This document shows, one piece after another, positions 1 through 9,363 of a stretch of DNA of 64,000 bases. The stretch is from an uncultured Candidatus Saccharibacteria bacterium (GTDB lineage: Bacteria; Patescibacteriota; Minisyncoccia; Phycocordibacterales; UBA918), in contig CAYOAM010000001.1 of the NCBI GenBank assembly GCA_964402035.1, positions 307,558 through 371,557 on the forward strand. The letters are read 5' to 3'. The number at the start of each line of letters is the position of its first letter. Positions within the stretch are counted from its first letter, which is position 1. Both the position numbers and the translations under genes were made by a program. The notes below the pieces were generated by a model. It worked only from the letters and a program-made list of their open reading frames with translations, had not been told where the DNA came from and made no database searches.

Positions 1-701
1 TATTTAAAGCCTATCACGATGCTCCGCTGTACCAAACACTCGCTCGCATAGCGGCTATTTGGATTGCACTCAATGTCGGATACTACAAACTTCTACCGTT
101 TGTGGGCGTGAGCTTGAGTTATAACACATCACCAATCGCCATCTCGCTGTACTATCTCTTTTGGTTTACTCTTACCGTCTATTTATTTTTTAATCTCTTT
201 GAACACTGGATTATTGTCGACAAACGCATCTGGCACTATGGCGTCGAAAGCATGTTCTTTGGCTTGTGCGTGTGGGCGCTGCTCTATCTTCTGGGAACAT
301 TTCCAACAGTCATCCATGCTGTACTCCCCGCTTATACTGACATACTTTTTTCAACTCCCATGTATTTTCTGCCTAAAGCATTTGAAATTTTGGTACAGCA
401 GACATTAATCACCATCCTTGTCTTGGCGCTCTGGTCTCGATTTCGTTCACTTAAAACGGTTATACTCTGGTATGCAATCACATTTGGCGGAGCCCACGTG
501 CTGCTCTACACACACAATGGTGCAGATGCGCCGTACGCCGCGATCATGGCAGGCAGCGCCATACTTTCTGCTGCTCTATTTCCATATTTTATACTTCGTC
601 TAAAAAGTGGTTTTGTGTACAGCTACATGGTGCAGTTTTTATTTTATATAACCCTTGCACTAATCTTCCACACATGGCCCCCTCCACCTTTTCACTTTTA
701 G
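1..701 (+). CDS. polytopic membrane protein, 5' end outside window (reading frame open to position 3)
   Basis: ORF listed from GTG at 102 but frame is open to window edge; >=5 hydrophobic helices; FGGAH (FxxxH) motif faintly reminiscent of CPBP intramembrane proteases, EExxxR motif not found. Confidence 0.5.
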   Translation, partial: FKAYHDAPLYQTLARIAAIWIALNVGYYKLLPFVGVSLSYNTSPIAISLYYLFWFTLTVYLFFNLFEHWIIVDKRIWHYGVESMFFGLCVWALLYLLGTFPTVIHAVLPAYTDILFSTPMYFLPKAFEILVQQTLITILVLALWSRFRSLKTVILWYAITFGGAHVLLYTHNGADAPYAAIMAGSAILSAALFPYFILRLKSGFVYSYMVQFLFYITLALIFHTWPPPPFHF

Positions 702-853
702 TCCAATAAGCGTATGCGCCACGACTCCTGATTTTCAGTTTTGCAAGTAATACAGCCGCTCCAATGAATGCCCGGATGCTCGTCGTACATGTTCCCAGCA
801 TGTACGACCAGGGATAGACGGAAAATCTGTTTTTTTATATATATTTGAACCGA

Positions 854-1945
854 CTACAGGGGATTTTTTGAGACTTTTACATCATCGACGTACATTCTGG
901 TTTCTTGCTGTGTTGCTGATATTCCTACTTCTAGTTTGTTATAGATAGCATTTTGAAGTGGAAGCGTCTGCCCCCGTCCCACGACCACCTTTTTCCCATC
1001 TATCCATAGCTCAACGAGGCCATCTGTCTGATCGAGAGTGAAGTGTGTTTTTACATTGACCCACTTGCCAATAGGAAGGGCAATCATATTCTCCTCACTT
1101 TGCCTCCAGCTGGGCTTACTAAACGCTTTGAGCTCGACAAATGGGTGTCCTTGGTCATCGACAGCGATACGGATTCCCGAGGATTTGTAGAGGTACGTTG
1201 ATTCGAGATCCATGATCGTGAACGGCAAGCCTTCTTCTATGTAGTACCATGCAGAAAACCATACATCATCTCCCGCCTCAAAGTGTATGGCCTCGGTATG
1301 CATAGAGGCTTTTGCAGTCACCATATTCCAAGAAGGAGCTACTGAATAGAGCATCAGTGACTGTTTGCCAGTATGAGCTTGCGTCTGTGATGGTTCAACG
1401 CGATTGTCGATAAACGACGCTTCCCCTATCTCAATTTTATTGCGAAGTCGTACTGAGTCCACGACCTCGGGTGTTGCCGCAGACTGGAGCGTGATCACAT
1501 TCCACGGACTAAAGAGATCAGTCATCGCGATCGTACTTCCAAGTCTCGCAATCGCATCGGCGAGATCTTTTTCTCCCGTGATCATGTCTTGAATCGATCT
1601 GTACTTTTCAAACCCTTCAGAAAATTCCGTACCTACTTTTATTCGAATAGCTTTCTCTTTATCAATGCGATAGATTGCGTCGTTGGTAAACTCATAGTTA
1701 TCAGTTTTGTAGTTTGGATCGTAATAGTGTTCACGAAATTCAAAACTACCATCATCCATAACTTCGTAAATGTCACCGCGCACAACCACAAATGAAACAC
1801 CTTGTACTTCACCACGCACTTCAATATCAGCCTCTGTAAATGTATCAGGAGGGAGTGATTCTGATGACCCATTGTATTCGCTAAACACTAAAATTAGACT
1901 ACCAATCACGATACACACAATTATAAGACCGAGTATTTTTTTCAT
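854..1945 (-). CDS. secreted/membrane-anchored protein with concanavalin-A/LamG-like beta-sandwich C-terminal domain (possible polysaccharide lyase/lectin)
   Basis: N-terminal signal-anchor MKKILGLIIVCIVIGSLILVFS; C-terminal LVELWIDGKKV...NKLEVGISA pattern typical of jelly-roll lectin/lyase folds; family not assignable by eye. Confidence 0.45.
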   Translation of the reverse strand: MKKILGLIIVCIVIGSLILVFSEYNGSSESLPPDTFTEADIEVRGEVQGVSFVVVRGDIYEVMDDGSFEFREHYYDPNYKTDNYEFTNDAIYRIDKEKAIRIKVGTEFSEGFEKYRSIQDMITGEKDLADAIARLGSTIAMTDLFSPWNVITLQSAATPEVVDSVRLRNKIEIGEASFIDNRVEPSQTQAHTGKQSLMLYSVAPSWNMVTAKASMHTEAIHFEAGDDVWFSAWYYIEEGLPFTIMDLESTYLYKSSGIRIAVDDQGHPFVELKAFSKPSWRQSEENMIALPIGKWVNVKTHFTLDQTDGLVELWIDGKKVVVGRGQTLPLQNAIYNKLEVGISATQQETRMYVDDVKVSKNPL

Positions 1946-1993
1946 ACTATTCTTTATGCATTACACAAGTACATGTTCATCTGCAGGTATGCT

Positions 1994-2758
1994 CTATATT
2001 ACTCCGTCAGGACTATACCCCGCAAAGCCAAGTAGGTACACCCACAAAAGCCACGAAGCTATGGGAATGACCGATACTGCAATCCAAAAATACACCATAT
2101 GCAGACGCGTTGCGGGCACGACACCATGTAAAGTGTCCCCAAAGACAAACTTTGGCCACAGGATATAAAGACCGTAGGTCAGGAATATAAACGGAACAAA
2201 CGCAAATAGATTTACAAAATCACCCGCCATGAACAACAATGGCCCTTTAAATTGTTGCTCGACCAAGATGCCCCAGAGACCACCCACTATGAGCGTTTGC
2301 CATGCACTAAACTGGTATCTCCTATGGAAGAAAATAATGACCACAGTCAAGCCTGCATAAAAACCTGTGTACGAAATAAGGTGCAAGAGTATACCTGACC
2401 ATGCAGTATAGGGAGCAATAGCGTCGAGCCGATAGCCTATGGTGAGCAATGTTTCTTCGAGCGCTAGAAGCAGAAATACAGGCACCGCAACATATATCGG
2501 ACTCTGTACAAAAAAAGAACAGACACGACGAATAGTACGTTGGAATAGAACATAGAGTAGCGGTAATGCAACAAAAAATAGGTACATGCCATCCCCAGTG
2601 CCACCAAACATCGGCACCAATGCAGCTACGCCATAGGCAATTGTAAGCGCTTGAAGTACTCTTCGCTTTTTCGCATCTTCTAGAAAACCGTTACCTTCTC
2701 TGAACACCCAAAAGAGTACTGGTATCGTGAGATAGAAGAAAAAAATATAGGCCCACAT
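1994..2758 (-). CDS. polytopic integral membrane protein, unknown function
   Basis: 254 aa, ~8 hydrophobic segments, no recognisable motif. Confidence 0.55.
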   Translation of the reverse strand: MWAYIFFFYLTIPVLFWVFREGNGFLEDAKKRRVLQALTIAYGVAALVPMFGGTGDGMYLFFVALPLLYVLFQRTIRRVCSFFVQSPIYVAVPVFLLLALEETLLTIGYRLDAIAPYTAWSGILLHLISYTGFYAGLTVVIIFFHRRYQFSAWQTLIVGGLWGILVEQQFKGPLLFMAGDFVNLFAFVPFIFLTYGLYILWPKFVFGDTLHGVVPATRLHMVYFWIAVSVIPIASWLLWVYLLGFAGYSPDGVI

Positions 2759-2864
2759 AAGATCCCAAGGATTCCTTATCGTATATTGTACTACATAATA
2801 GTAAGCGAACAGTACAACACAAAAACTCCCCGAAGGGAGTTTTTGTGTTGCTTCTTACCCTATC

Positions 2865-3890
2865 TTACGCGTTCCATACTCGTTGTGCAAATTTCCACGA
2901 GAATTTTGCGACGACAAGGAGGATCACGGCATACAGGAGATACTGGAGAATCTGGAGCAAGAGTGATACAAGTCCGATTGAGATCTGCTGCAAGACACGG
3001 TTCATGTCAATCAGTGACTGCTGGACTGATGCCTTCCAAGAATCCTTGATCTGATCCCCATTCACAAATGCATTTTCATACACGCTAATATTGAAGGTAG
3101 TGTATAAAAGACGATCAAGTTCCTGCGCTTTTGCGCGATTGATCCCTTCGATCTGAGCGTTCACATTCATACGTTCTACCGTCAATCGTTCGATGATGTT
3201 GATTTTGCTATCAATGATCTTTGCAAGACTCTCGACATCTTTGGTCTGAGTTGCAAGCACCGTGATGTTGTCATACGCGGCTATTGCCTGGTTGAGTGTT
3301 GCATCGATAGACTGCAATTTTTTTTCAAGAATATCGGTCTCGCTCGTATAATCTTCAACAAGACGCTTTATCGTGTAGCTGTTTTCACTGAGATTTTTTG
3401 GATCGAGATTCTTGATAAAAGTTAAGATTTCTGGCACACTTCCCTGCTTCACTTTAAATGTGTAGTTGCACCCGCGATCGTATTCATTTGAACTCTCAAA
3501 GATAACATCCTCACGACTCTTGAGGGAAAGTATAGTCGAACATTCTTTGTCTGCATCGCGAGTCTCGAATGTTGCACTATAGTCTTTGACTTCAAAAGAT
3601 TCTGCATCGTTGCCCGATGTATATCCTGGCTGCGGTGGCATAATCGGCATGCTCGCAACATTACGTGTCGACAATTTTGAGCCACCGTTATACGTCATAT
3701 CCATTTCAGCGCCGCCATAGCTGGGCGCATTGGATACCCCGTAACCAGTATTTGAAGTAGAAATACTATTCCGTGCGGTGTTGAGGAGGCTCAGTACAAA
3801 CGACAATATTAATACACCCACAAAACCAATGAGTGCGTACTTGAGTATAGTTCGTGGGCCTACAGTCTTGAGTTGTTCAAAAATATCCAT
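2865..3890 (-). CDS. DUF4349-like membrane protein (N- and C-terminal TM helices, central coiled-coil ectodomain)
   Basis: TM at residues ~15-37 and ~300-330, coiled-coil segment; directly downstream of anti-sigma-like gene and ECF sigma factor on same strand. Confidence 0.45.
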   Translation of the reverse strand: MDIFEQLKTVGPRTILKYALIGFVGVLILSFVLSLLNTARNSISTSNTGYGVSNAPSYGGAEMDMTYNGGSKLSTRNVASMPIMPPQPGYTSGNDAESFEVKDYSATFETRDADKECSTILSLKSREDVIFESSNEYDRGCNYTFKVKQGSVPEILTFIKNLDPKNLSENSYTIKRLVEDYTSETDILEKKLQSIDATLNQAIAAYDNITVLATQTKDVESLAKIIDSKINIIERLTVERMNVNAQIEGINRAKAQELDRLLYTTFNISVYENAFVNGDQIKDSWKASVQQSLIDMNRVLQQISIGLVSLLLQILQYLLYAVILLVVAKFSWKFAQRVWNA

Positions 3891-3958
3891 ATCGATTTTT
3901 AATGAATAAAAGGTATTCTCTATCTATAGTACTACGAACAGACGTTTGAAAAGTAACA

Positions 3959-4741
3959 CTACTGCACGAGATATTCAGCCTCTACCGTAAATGCTACCGT
4001 ATATGTAAGTCCTGTTTCGGGTACCGCTATGAGACCATCTTTTTTCGTTTCAAAGAAACCATCACCATCATCCACAAACATGCGTGCAGACAGAGTCTCA
4101 CCCTCAACAAGGGTGCGAGACAGCGGTACAGTCACCTGCCGCATCTCTTTGGCAGAGAGAAGGCTGCTCGTACCCACAATAGCCTCACTACTGTCATATA
4201 CGACCACATATCCATCAGTGGTGAGTGTTGCGAAGAGTTGCACATACGGCATTGCATTATGGACAGGTAGTACCTCAATATAGGGTACCGATGCTGCCCC
4301 TTGCTTGCCCATGGTACGAGTACTATCGTCTGCGGGAGCCATCATTGAAAATGAAGAGGTGTCTTCTATCGGACTGTTATAGAGCATGTCTTCAGTTGTC
4401 GGTATCGCGGACTCCGTGCGTGGCAAATCTTCAAGTGACGTGGGTACAGGTGATCGCGGAGTTTCAATAAGCATCAGAAGCAAAACGGCAACAGCCCCAA
4501 CCGGTGCAACGCGCACTAGCCACCAACGCACATTTTCTGCATACGGAGATGGTGTGGCGGGTTTTATATTTGAAGAAAGTACGCGCATACGGAGATTTTG
4601 GATAAAATCAAAATCAATAGGCACTTTGGGATGTGCATCGATGAGCACAGAAACGACTGCACGCACTTCTGCGTCACGCTCCTTAAGCGTCGCATCAAGC
4701 GCATATATGTCGCGAAGTATCTTGTCGAGATCTTTGTCCAT
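3959..4741 (-). CDS. putative membrane-spanning anti-sigma factor
   Basis: Immediately downstream of ECF sigma gene (37-bp gap), cytoplasmic N-terminal ~90 aa, single TM (WWLVRVAPVGAVAVLLLMLI), extracytoplasmic C-terminal domain; assignment by context only. Confidence 0.5.
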   Translation of the reverse strand: MDKDLDKILRDIYALDATLKERDAEVRAVVSVLIDAHPKVPIDFDFIQNLRMRVLSSNIKPATPSPYAENVRWWLVRVAPVGAVAVLLLMLIETPRSPVPTSLEDLPRTESAIPTTEDMLYNSPIEDTSSFSMMAPADDSTRTMGKQGAASVPYIEVLPVHNAMPYVQLFATLTTDGYVVVYDSSEAIVGTSSLLSAKEMRQVTVPLSRTLVEGETLSARMFVDDGDGFFETKKDGLIAVPETGLTYTVAFTVEAEYLVQ

Positions 4742-4777
4742 AATAATATCTAGTACGCTGAATGATTAATAACGTAA

Positions 4778-5344
4778 CTACTGCAAAAATCGTGCACACA
4801 ACACGAGAATAGCGGCTTTTGCCCCAAAGGTGTCACGAACCGTCCGAATAGCGCGTGAAAATGCCATTTTGACACTATCTTCCGAACCCCCCACCACTGC
4901 AGCAATTTCTTTATAGGAGAGCTCATCCCACACCCGAAGCATAACAATTTCACGCTGCGTTGGCTTCAGTGTGTGCAGATACTTTTCAATTTTTTGTACG
5001 GTATCGCGAGCATCTATCTTCTCTTCTGTCCGCTCATCTTGACCGAGGTCAAAAATATCTTCAATATCCACCACCGTCTTTTTGGTGCGGTAGTAATCAA
5101 CAACCGCATTGCGCGCTATGGCATAGAGCCATGATGAAAATGAGCCTTTATCAGATTTAAAACTGCCAATCTTCTCAAATGCCTTGAGAAACGTGGCGGA
5201 CACTATGTCCTCGGTTGCGTCCTTGTTGAAGGTCTTGTAGTAGACAAATCGATAAATTTTTTCTACATATCTATCATAAAGCGCACCAAATGCTTGTGTG
5301 TCACCCTTTTGGCATTTCTCAACAAACACGCGATCATCTTCCAT
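4778..5344 (-). CDS. RNA polymerase ECF-type sigma-70 family factor
   Basis: Region 2 (FLKAFEKIGSF...WLYAIARNAVVDYYR) and region 4 HTH (REIVMLRVWDELSYKEIAAVVGGSEDSVKMAFSRA). Confidence 0.9.
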   Translation of the reverse strand: MEDDRVFVEKCQKGDTQAFGALYDRYVEKIYRFVYYKTFNKDATEDIVSATFLKAFEKIGSFKSDKGSFSSWLYAIARNAVVDYYRTKKTVVDIEDIFDLGQDERTEEKIDARDTVQKIEKYLHTLKPTQREIVMLRVWDELSYKEIAAVVGGSEDSVKMAFSRAIRTVRDTFGAKAAILVLCARFLQ

Positions 5345-5360
5345 ATTATGAATAGTATAT

Positions 5361-5390
5361 CAAAAAAGAGATGGCCAAACGACCATCTCA
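5361..5390 (-). terminator. rho-independent terminator (minus strand) ending the upstream ORF-poor transcript
   Basis: AGATGG-CCAAACGA-CCATCT hairpin followed on minus strand by CTTTTTTG. Confidence 0.5.
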
Positions 5391-5394
5391 AAAT

Positions 5395-5765
5395 TATGTG
5401 GTACAGGCTGCTCGACTAAAAAGTCTATCAGCAAGCGCGGGACCAAAAGAGCATGCGGCCCTCATTGTAACCGCGTTATAGCGAAGTGTGAGTGCAAAAC
5501 TCATATCTGGTGCATGCGACATAGACACAGGCATCAGCTGGACGTAGCAATAGCCATGAGCTGCTTCCACAAGAATTCGCACGTACCCAATAAAAAGGTG
5601 GGGCAATCGACCTTCCCACAAAACCAGAAAGATTGGGGTCGGATTATTTCGAGCGGAATTATACGACTCTTGTAGCTCTCGCAGCGTGGGACACGCTGCG
5701 AGAGACTGAAAGCTTGGGGGCCCTCTTCTTCTCACAACAAACCTCCTGCTCAAAAACATGAACCT
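5395..5765 (-). ncRNA. candidate structured non-coding RNA, family unassigned
   Basis: ~400 nt with no protein-like ORF (only an R/C/A-rich 121-aa frame), minus-strand -35/-10-like TTGCGG-18nt-TACACT at ~5772-5800, perfect 13-bp hairpin CTCTCGCAGCGTG/CACGCTGCGAGAG at 5679-5707, and a terminator at 5361-5390. Confidence 0.3.
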
Positions 5766-5809
5766 CTGAGACTAGTGTACGATATCAGCTGTCATTTCCG
5801 CAAACAGTG

Positions 5810-6406
5810 TTATACCGTATTGCGTGCATTTTTCAGTAACTGTGCCCACCAAATGAGTTCTTCAATAAGCCGATCAGCACTACCTTCGTTTGGTGCAAAT
5901 GCTTTTTCCTTTAGACTGCCATTTGCTTCAAGCAGATCCCACGGTGAAACTATATGCACGGCACTTTTAAGTGGTACAAGTCCAACATCAATCACGACTT
6001 GTCGCAATTGCTCAACGGCGCGCACAGCTCCGTATGTTCCGTATCCGACAAATGCCGAAGGCTTTTTATTCCACTCTTTTTTTAAGTGATCAATATTGTT
6101 TTTGAGTGATGCGGGGTAGCCGTGATTGTACTCGGGAGTTACAAATACAAAACCATCAGTATTAGCGATCTTCTCTGCCCAACGGTCTATGTCTGGTTTT
6201 CCATAGGCTCCCAATACTTTACTGGGAGATACAGCCTCTGCAAACATCAGCAACGGATAGTCTTTGAGATCCAGGAGTTCAACTTCGACATCTTCCTTAT
6301 TTGAAAGAAGATCAGCGATCCAGTGTGCGGGTTTATCACCAAATCGTCCCTCACGGATACTTCCGATCACTACTCCTATACGTATTTTTTCTTGCATAGT
6401 CGGCAT
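5810..6406 (-). CDS. NADPH-dependent FMN reductase family flavoprotein (NAD(P)H-dependent oxidoreductase)
   Basis: RIGVVIGSIREGRFG N-terminal flavodoxin-like motif, FVTPEYNHGYPASLKNNIDHL. Confidence 0.85.
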   Translation of the reverse strand: MPTMQEKIRIGVVIGSIREGRFGDKPAHWIADLLSNKEDVEVELLDLKDYPLLMFAEAVSPSKVLGAYGKPDIDRWAEKIANTDGFVFVTPEYNHGYPASLKNNIDHLKKEWNKKPSAFVGYGTYGAVRAVEQLRQVVIDVGLVPLKSAVHIVSPWDLLEANGSLKEKAFAPNEGSADRLIEELIWWAQLLKNARNTV

Positions 6407-6430
6407 TATAACTTTATTTGATCACAGAAT

Positions 6431-6467
6431 ACAGAAGCGCCAGCCTTAAGGCTGGCGCTTCTGTATT
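6431..6467. terminator. perfect 17-bp inverted repeat hairpin downstream of 6648..7970 gene
   Basis: ACAGAAGCGCCAGCC-TTAA-GGCTGGCGCTTCTGT; second palindrome ACTTGGGAGTTGAACTCCCAAGT at 6489-6511; T-runs weak. Confidence 0.4.
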
Positions 6468-6647
6468 TGCTACAGTTCAGATTCTGCACTTGGGAGTTGA
6501 ACTCCCAAGTCATCCCAACAAAGTACACATCTTCATAAACCTTCAAGTTCAAGGCGGCAAGTCAAAATACTACGAGACATATGGGGTTATATGGTGAGTA
6601 GTATTTTGATGCAGCCAACGCAGAAATTGAAGGTTTTGAAATGTGGA

Positions 6648-7949
6648 CTAAAATTCGTCGCGTGCTTCGTCGATCAAGTCAAGTGCTTCATCAATCAAAT
6701 CCTCTGCCTCACTTTCATCACCATCACTGATTGCATCGTCAGCATCGTCAAGGAGGTCTTGCGCTTCATCGAGCAAATCTTCAGCATTACCGACATCTTC
6801 CCCATCATCAAGTGCATCTTCCACATCATTTTCTACATCATTGAGTTCATCTTGTGCGTCTTCAAGCTGATTCTCAATATCGTCATTGTCACTACTATCA
6901 TCATCGTCATCACTATTATTCTCATTTCCTATCGCATCAAGCGCTTCATCAACGGTATCTTCTGCTTCTTCTGCAAGATCGATCGCCTCATCATAATCCT
7001 CGTCGTCAAATGCACTTTCAGCATCATCGAGTAAATCACGTGCATCATCGAGAAGGTCATTTGCCTCATCTACGTCATCACCATCATCCTCTGCTTCATC
7101 GATATCGTCCTGCGCATCATCAATCTGACCATCGACATCATCAATAAGATCATCTGCCTCACTCTCTTCAGTGTCTCCCCCTGCATCCTCAATGGCATTT
7201 TCAGCGTTCTTTTGTGCATCCTCTGCTGCATCAAGTGCATCCTCAAAATCATCACTGAAAAATGCTTTGACCGCATCGAGGAAATCATCTTTTGCATCTT
7301 CTAAGTTCTCGCGTGCAGATGCGATATCAGCTGCGTCCGTATTATCATCGACTGCATCTTCAGCGTCGTCGATAGCATCGAGTGCATCCTCGATTGCAGC
7401 GCGCGCATCTGACTCGTCAGAATCAATAGCGTCCTCGTCTTCCGTATCATGCTTTGTTACGGATGTCGCAAGAGGAATATTTTGTGTTTTGAGGGTTGTG
7501 TTTAGTTGTGCTTGTAACTGTGCGAGTTGCAACTCGAGATTTTTTTGAGCCGATGTTGCTGCTCCCTGTACTTCACCCACCCCTCCACCTGCGACAAGTT
7601 CTTCATACTTGGCACGCGATTGAGATCCAAAATAGCCTATCGCAGGAGAGAGCTTATTGGCCTGCTGCCACTTAATGACGGCAAGCTCGGTCAGTGTCTT
7701 AAACTCACCGGTCTCATGCCCTGCAGATCCAACACCACTTTCAGCAATAGTGTAGCCTGCACCATTGAGATATTGCTGCAAGCAGCGCACATCCTCTCCT
7801 TCAACACCAAATTCTAGATTTCGATTAAATGTGCAAGTGTCGGCGCGTACAGTAACCGGCGCGAGCACGATGAATAATGTACTCACAATAGCGAGCAGCA
7901 CACCAAGCGTGTGCCGCTCCGTTATACTTTTTACTGAAATATTTATCAT
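6648..7949 (-). CDS. secreted peptidoglycan-binding (PG_binding_1) protein with ~300-aa hyper-acidic D/E-rich repeat tail
   Basis: Signal-anchor then CLQQYLNGAGY...TLTELAVIKWQQANKL PG-binding domain; coiled-coil; tail ~40% Asp/Glu with 14-aa repeats (xDLLDxAxDLLDDA); likely start MINISVK at 7949 (ORF open to 7970). Confidence 0.8.
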   Translation of the reverse strand: MINISVKSITERHTLGVLLAIVSTLFIVLAPVTVRADTCTFNRNLEFGVEGEDVRCLQQYLNGAGYTIAESGVGSAGHETGEFKTLTELAVIKWQQANKLSPAIGYFGSQSRAKYEELVAGGGVGEVQGAATSAQKNLELQLAQLQAQLNTTLKTQNIPLATSVTKHDTEDEDAIDSDESDARAAIEDALDAIDDAEDAVDDNTDAADIASARENLEDAKDDFLDAVKAFFSDDFEDALDAAEDAQKNAENAIEDAGGDTEESEADDLIDDVDGQIDDAQDDIDEAEDDGDDVDEANDLLDDARDLLDDAESAFDDEDYDEAIDLAEEAEDTVDEALDAIGNENNSDDDDDSSDNDDIENQLEDAQDELNDVENDVEDALDDGEDVGNAEDLLDEAQDLLDDADDAISDGDESEAEDLIDEALDLIDEARDEF

Positions 7950-8039
7950 ATACGCACCAGTATACAGCACACAGATATATGTGCACTGTTTATTTCCTGT
8001 TGATCAGTTGCAGCGCAACGGACGCTACCTGAACCTCGT

Positions 8040-9290
8040 TTAGTTTGTCGCAATCAAGGCTACTTTTTTTCCTCGTCGAACGTGCGCTATGCCATTCTTA
8101 AAATCCGCAACTTCAATTGCTTTATGTATATCAACAACAGTTATCTCATTGACGGCAACACCCTTCTGTTCAATAAGTCGTCGGGCTTCGCCCTTCGATG
8201 TTGCTAGTCCTGTCTGCGTGAGGATATCAATCATTGTTGTGCCAATTGCGACTTTTGTTAGTGGTACTTCTTTACGTATAAACGCCACATCCTGTTTGCT
8301 CATTGTCGCAAAGTCTCCTGCTCCATAGAGTATCTCAGATACCCGTGAAGCACTCTCTGCAGATGTCACTCCGTGAATCATCGTCGTAATCTCATGTGCC
8401 AGTGCTTTTTGTCCAATACGCATGTGCGGTGCAGCTTCATGTGCCGCAAGTATTTCAGCAATGTTCTGTAGCGACAGAAAGGTAAAGATCTTCAAATACT
8501 CTGGCAGACCTTCATCTGATACGTTGAGCCAAAACTGATAGAAAGCAAATGGCGATGTGAGCTTTGGGTCAAGCCATACAGCATTTCCTTCTGACTTTCC
8601 AAATTTCTTGCCAGTTTTTTTATCCGTGATGATGGGTGTCGTGAGTGCGTACGCATTTCCCCCCTCTCTACGTCGTACGAGTTCAACGCCTGAGATAATA
8701 TTCGCCCATTGGTCCGAGCCACCTACCTGCAGATCAACGCCATACTTTTTATACAAATGCCAGAAATCGTACCCCTGCAAAAGCGAATATGAAAATTCTG
8801 TATAGGAAATAGAATCTTCCTCCGTATCGAGACGCTTCTTGATAATATCTCGCTTAATGAGCTGATTGACCGTGAAATGCTTTCCGGTATCACGAAGAAA
8901 TTCGATGAGCGATACCTTCCTAAGCCAGTCATAATTGTCATAGATTTTAAATTTCTTCTTTCCCAAGACCGATGCTAGCTGCGCCGTAATCGCTTTTTTA
9001 TTCTGTGCGACAATTTTCAAATCAAGGAGCTGTCTCTCCCCACTTTCTCGCGGATCCCCAATCATGCCAGTGCCGCCACCGACAAGAAAAACCACTGTAT
9101 GACCTGCATCAGCCAAATGCTTCATCATAAAGATAGGTACCAGATTCCCCACATGGAGTGATGCTGCTGTTGGGTCGATACCGAGATACACGGTGCGTTT
9201 TTGAGCAAGAAACTCTTGCGCTGTACCACCACCTTCATGCACGATAAATCCGCGCTCCTTAAGATCTGCTGTAATATTTTCAATCTTCAT
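8040..9290 (-). CDS. tyrS: tyrosine--tRNA ligase
   Basis: HIGH motif (HVGNLVP), KMSKS motif (KFGKS), C-terminal S4 domain; likely start MKIENITADL at 9290 (ORF extends to 9338). Confidence 0.95.
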   Translation of the reverse strand: MKIENITADLKERGFIVHEGGGTAQEFLAQKRTVYLGIDPTAASLHVGNLVPIFMMKHLADAGHTVVFLVGGGTGMIGDPRESGERQLLDLKIVAQNKKAITAQLASVLGKKKFKIYDNYDWLRKVSLIEFLRDTGKHFTVNQLIKRDIIKKRLDTEEDSISYTEFSYSLLQGYDFWHLYKKYGVDLQVGGSDQWANIISGVELVRRREGGNAYALTTPIITDKKTGKKFGKSEGNAVWLDPKLTSPFAFYQFWLNVSDEGLPEYLKIFTFLSLQNIAEILAAHEAAPHMRIGQKALAHEITTMIHGVTSAESASRVSEILYGAGDFATMSKQDVAFIRKEVPLTKVAIGTTMIDILTQTGLATSKGEARRLIEQKGVAVNEITVVDIHKAIEVADFKNGIAHVRRGKKVALIATN

Positions 9291-9363
9291 AATGTGAGGA
9301 ATTATAGAGAGATTATTGCATTGTGTCCATGAGGCCATCTACCAGTAGTGGTATTATGCACCT

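Noticed and set aside
102-701. CPBP (CAAX) intramembrane protease assignment for the first ORF
   Set aside because: Only an FxxxH-like motif seen; EExxxR and HxxxN motifs not identifiable; left as a generic membrane protein.
5394-5759. 121-aa ORF in the sigma factor/FMN reductase gap
   Set aside because: Non-protein-like composition, no RBS; the interval is better explained as structured RNA with flanking promoter-like and terminator signals.
5395-5765. Specific assignment as tmRNA, RNase P RNA or SRP RNA
   Set aside because: Only partial motif matches (tmRNA-like 5' GGGG...TTCGAG on plus strand; GGAAGCAGC on minus). No T-loop or acceptor end, no P4 consensus, and a plus-strand tmRNA would overrun the well-supported FMN reductase CDS.
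6854-7548. His-rich (6854..7147) and Ser/Ala-rich (7171..7548) ORFs
   Set aside because: Antisense shadows of the GAT/GAC/GAA-rich acidic repeat region of the 6648..7970 gene.
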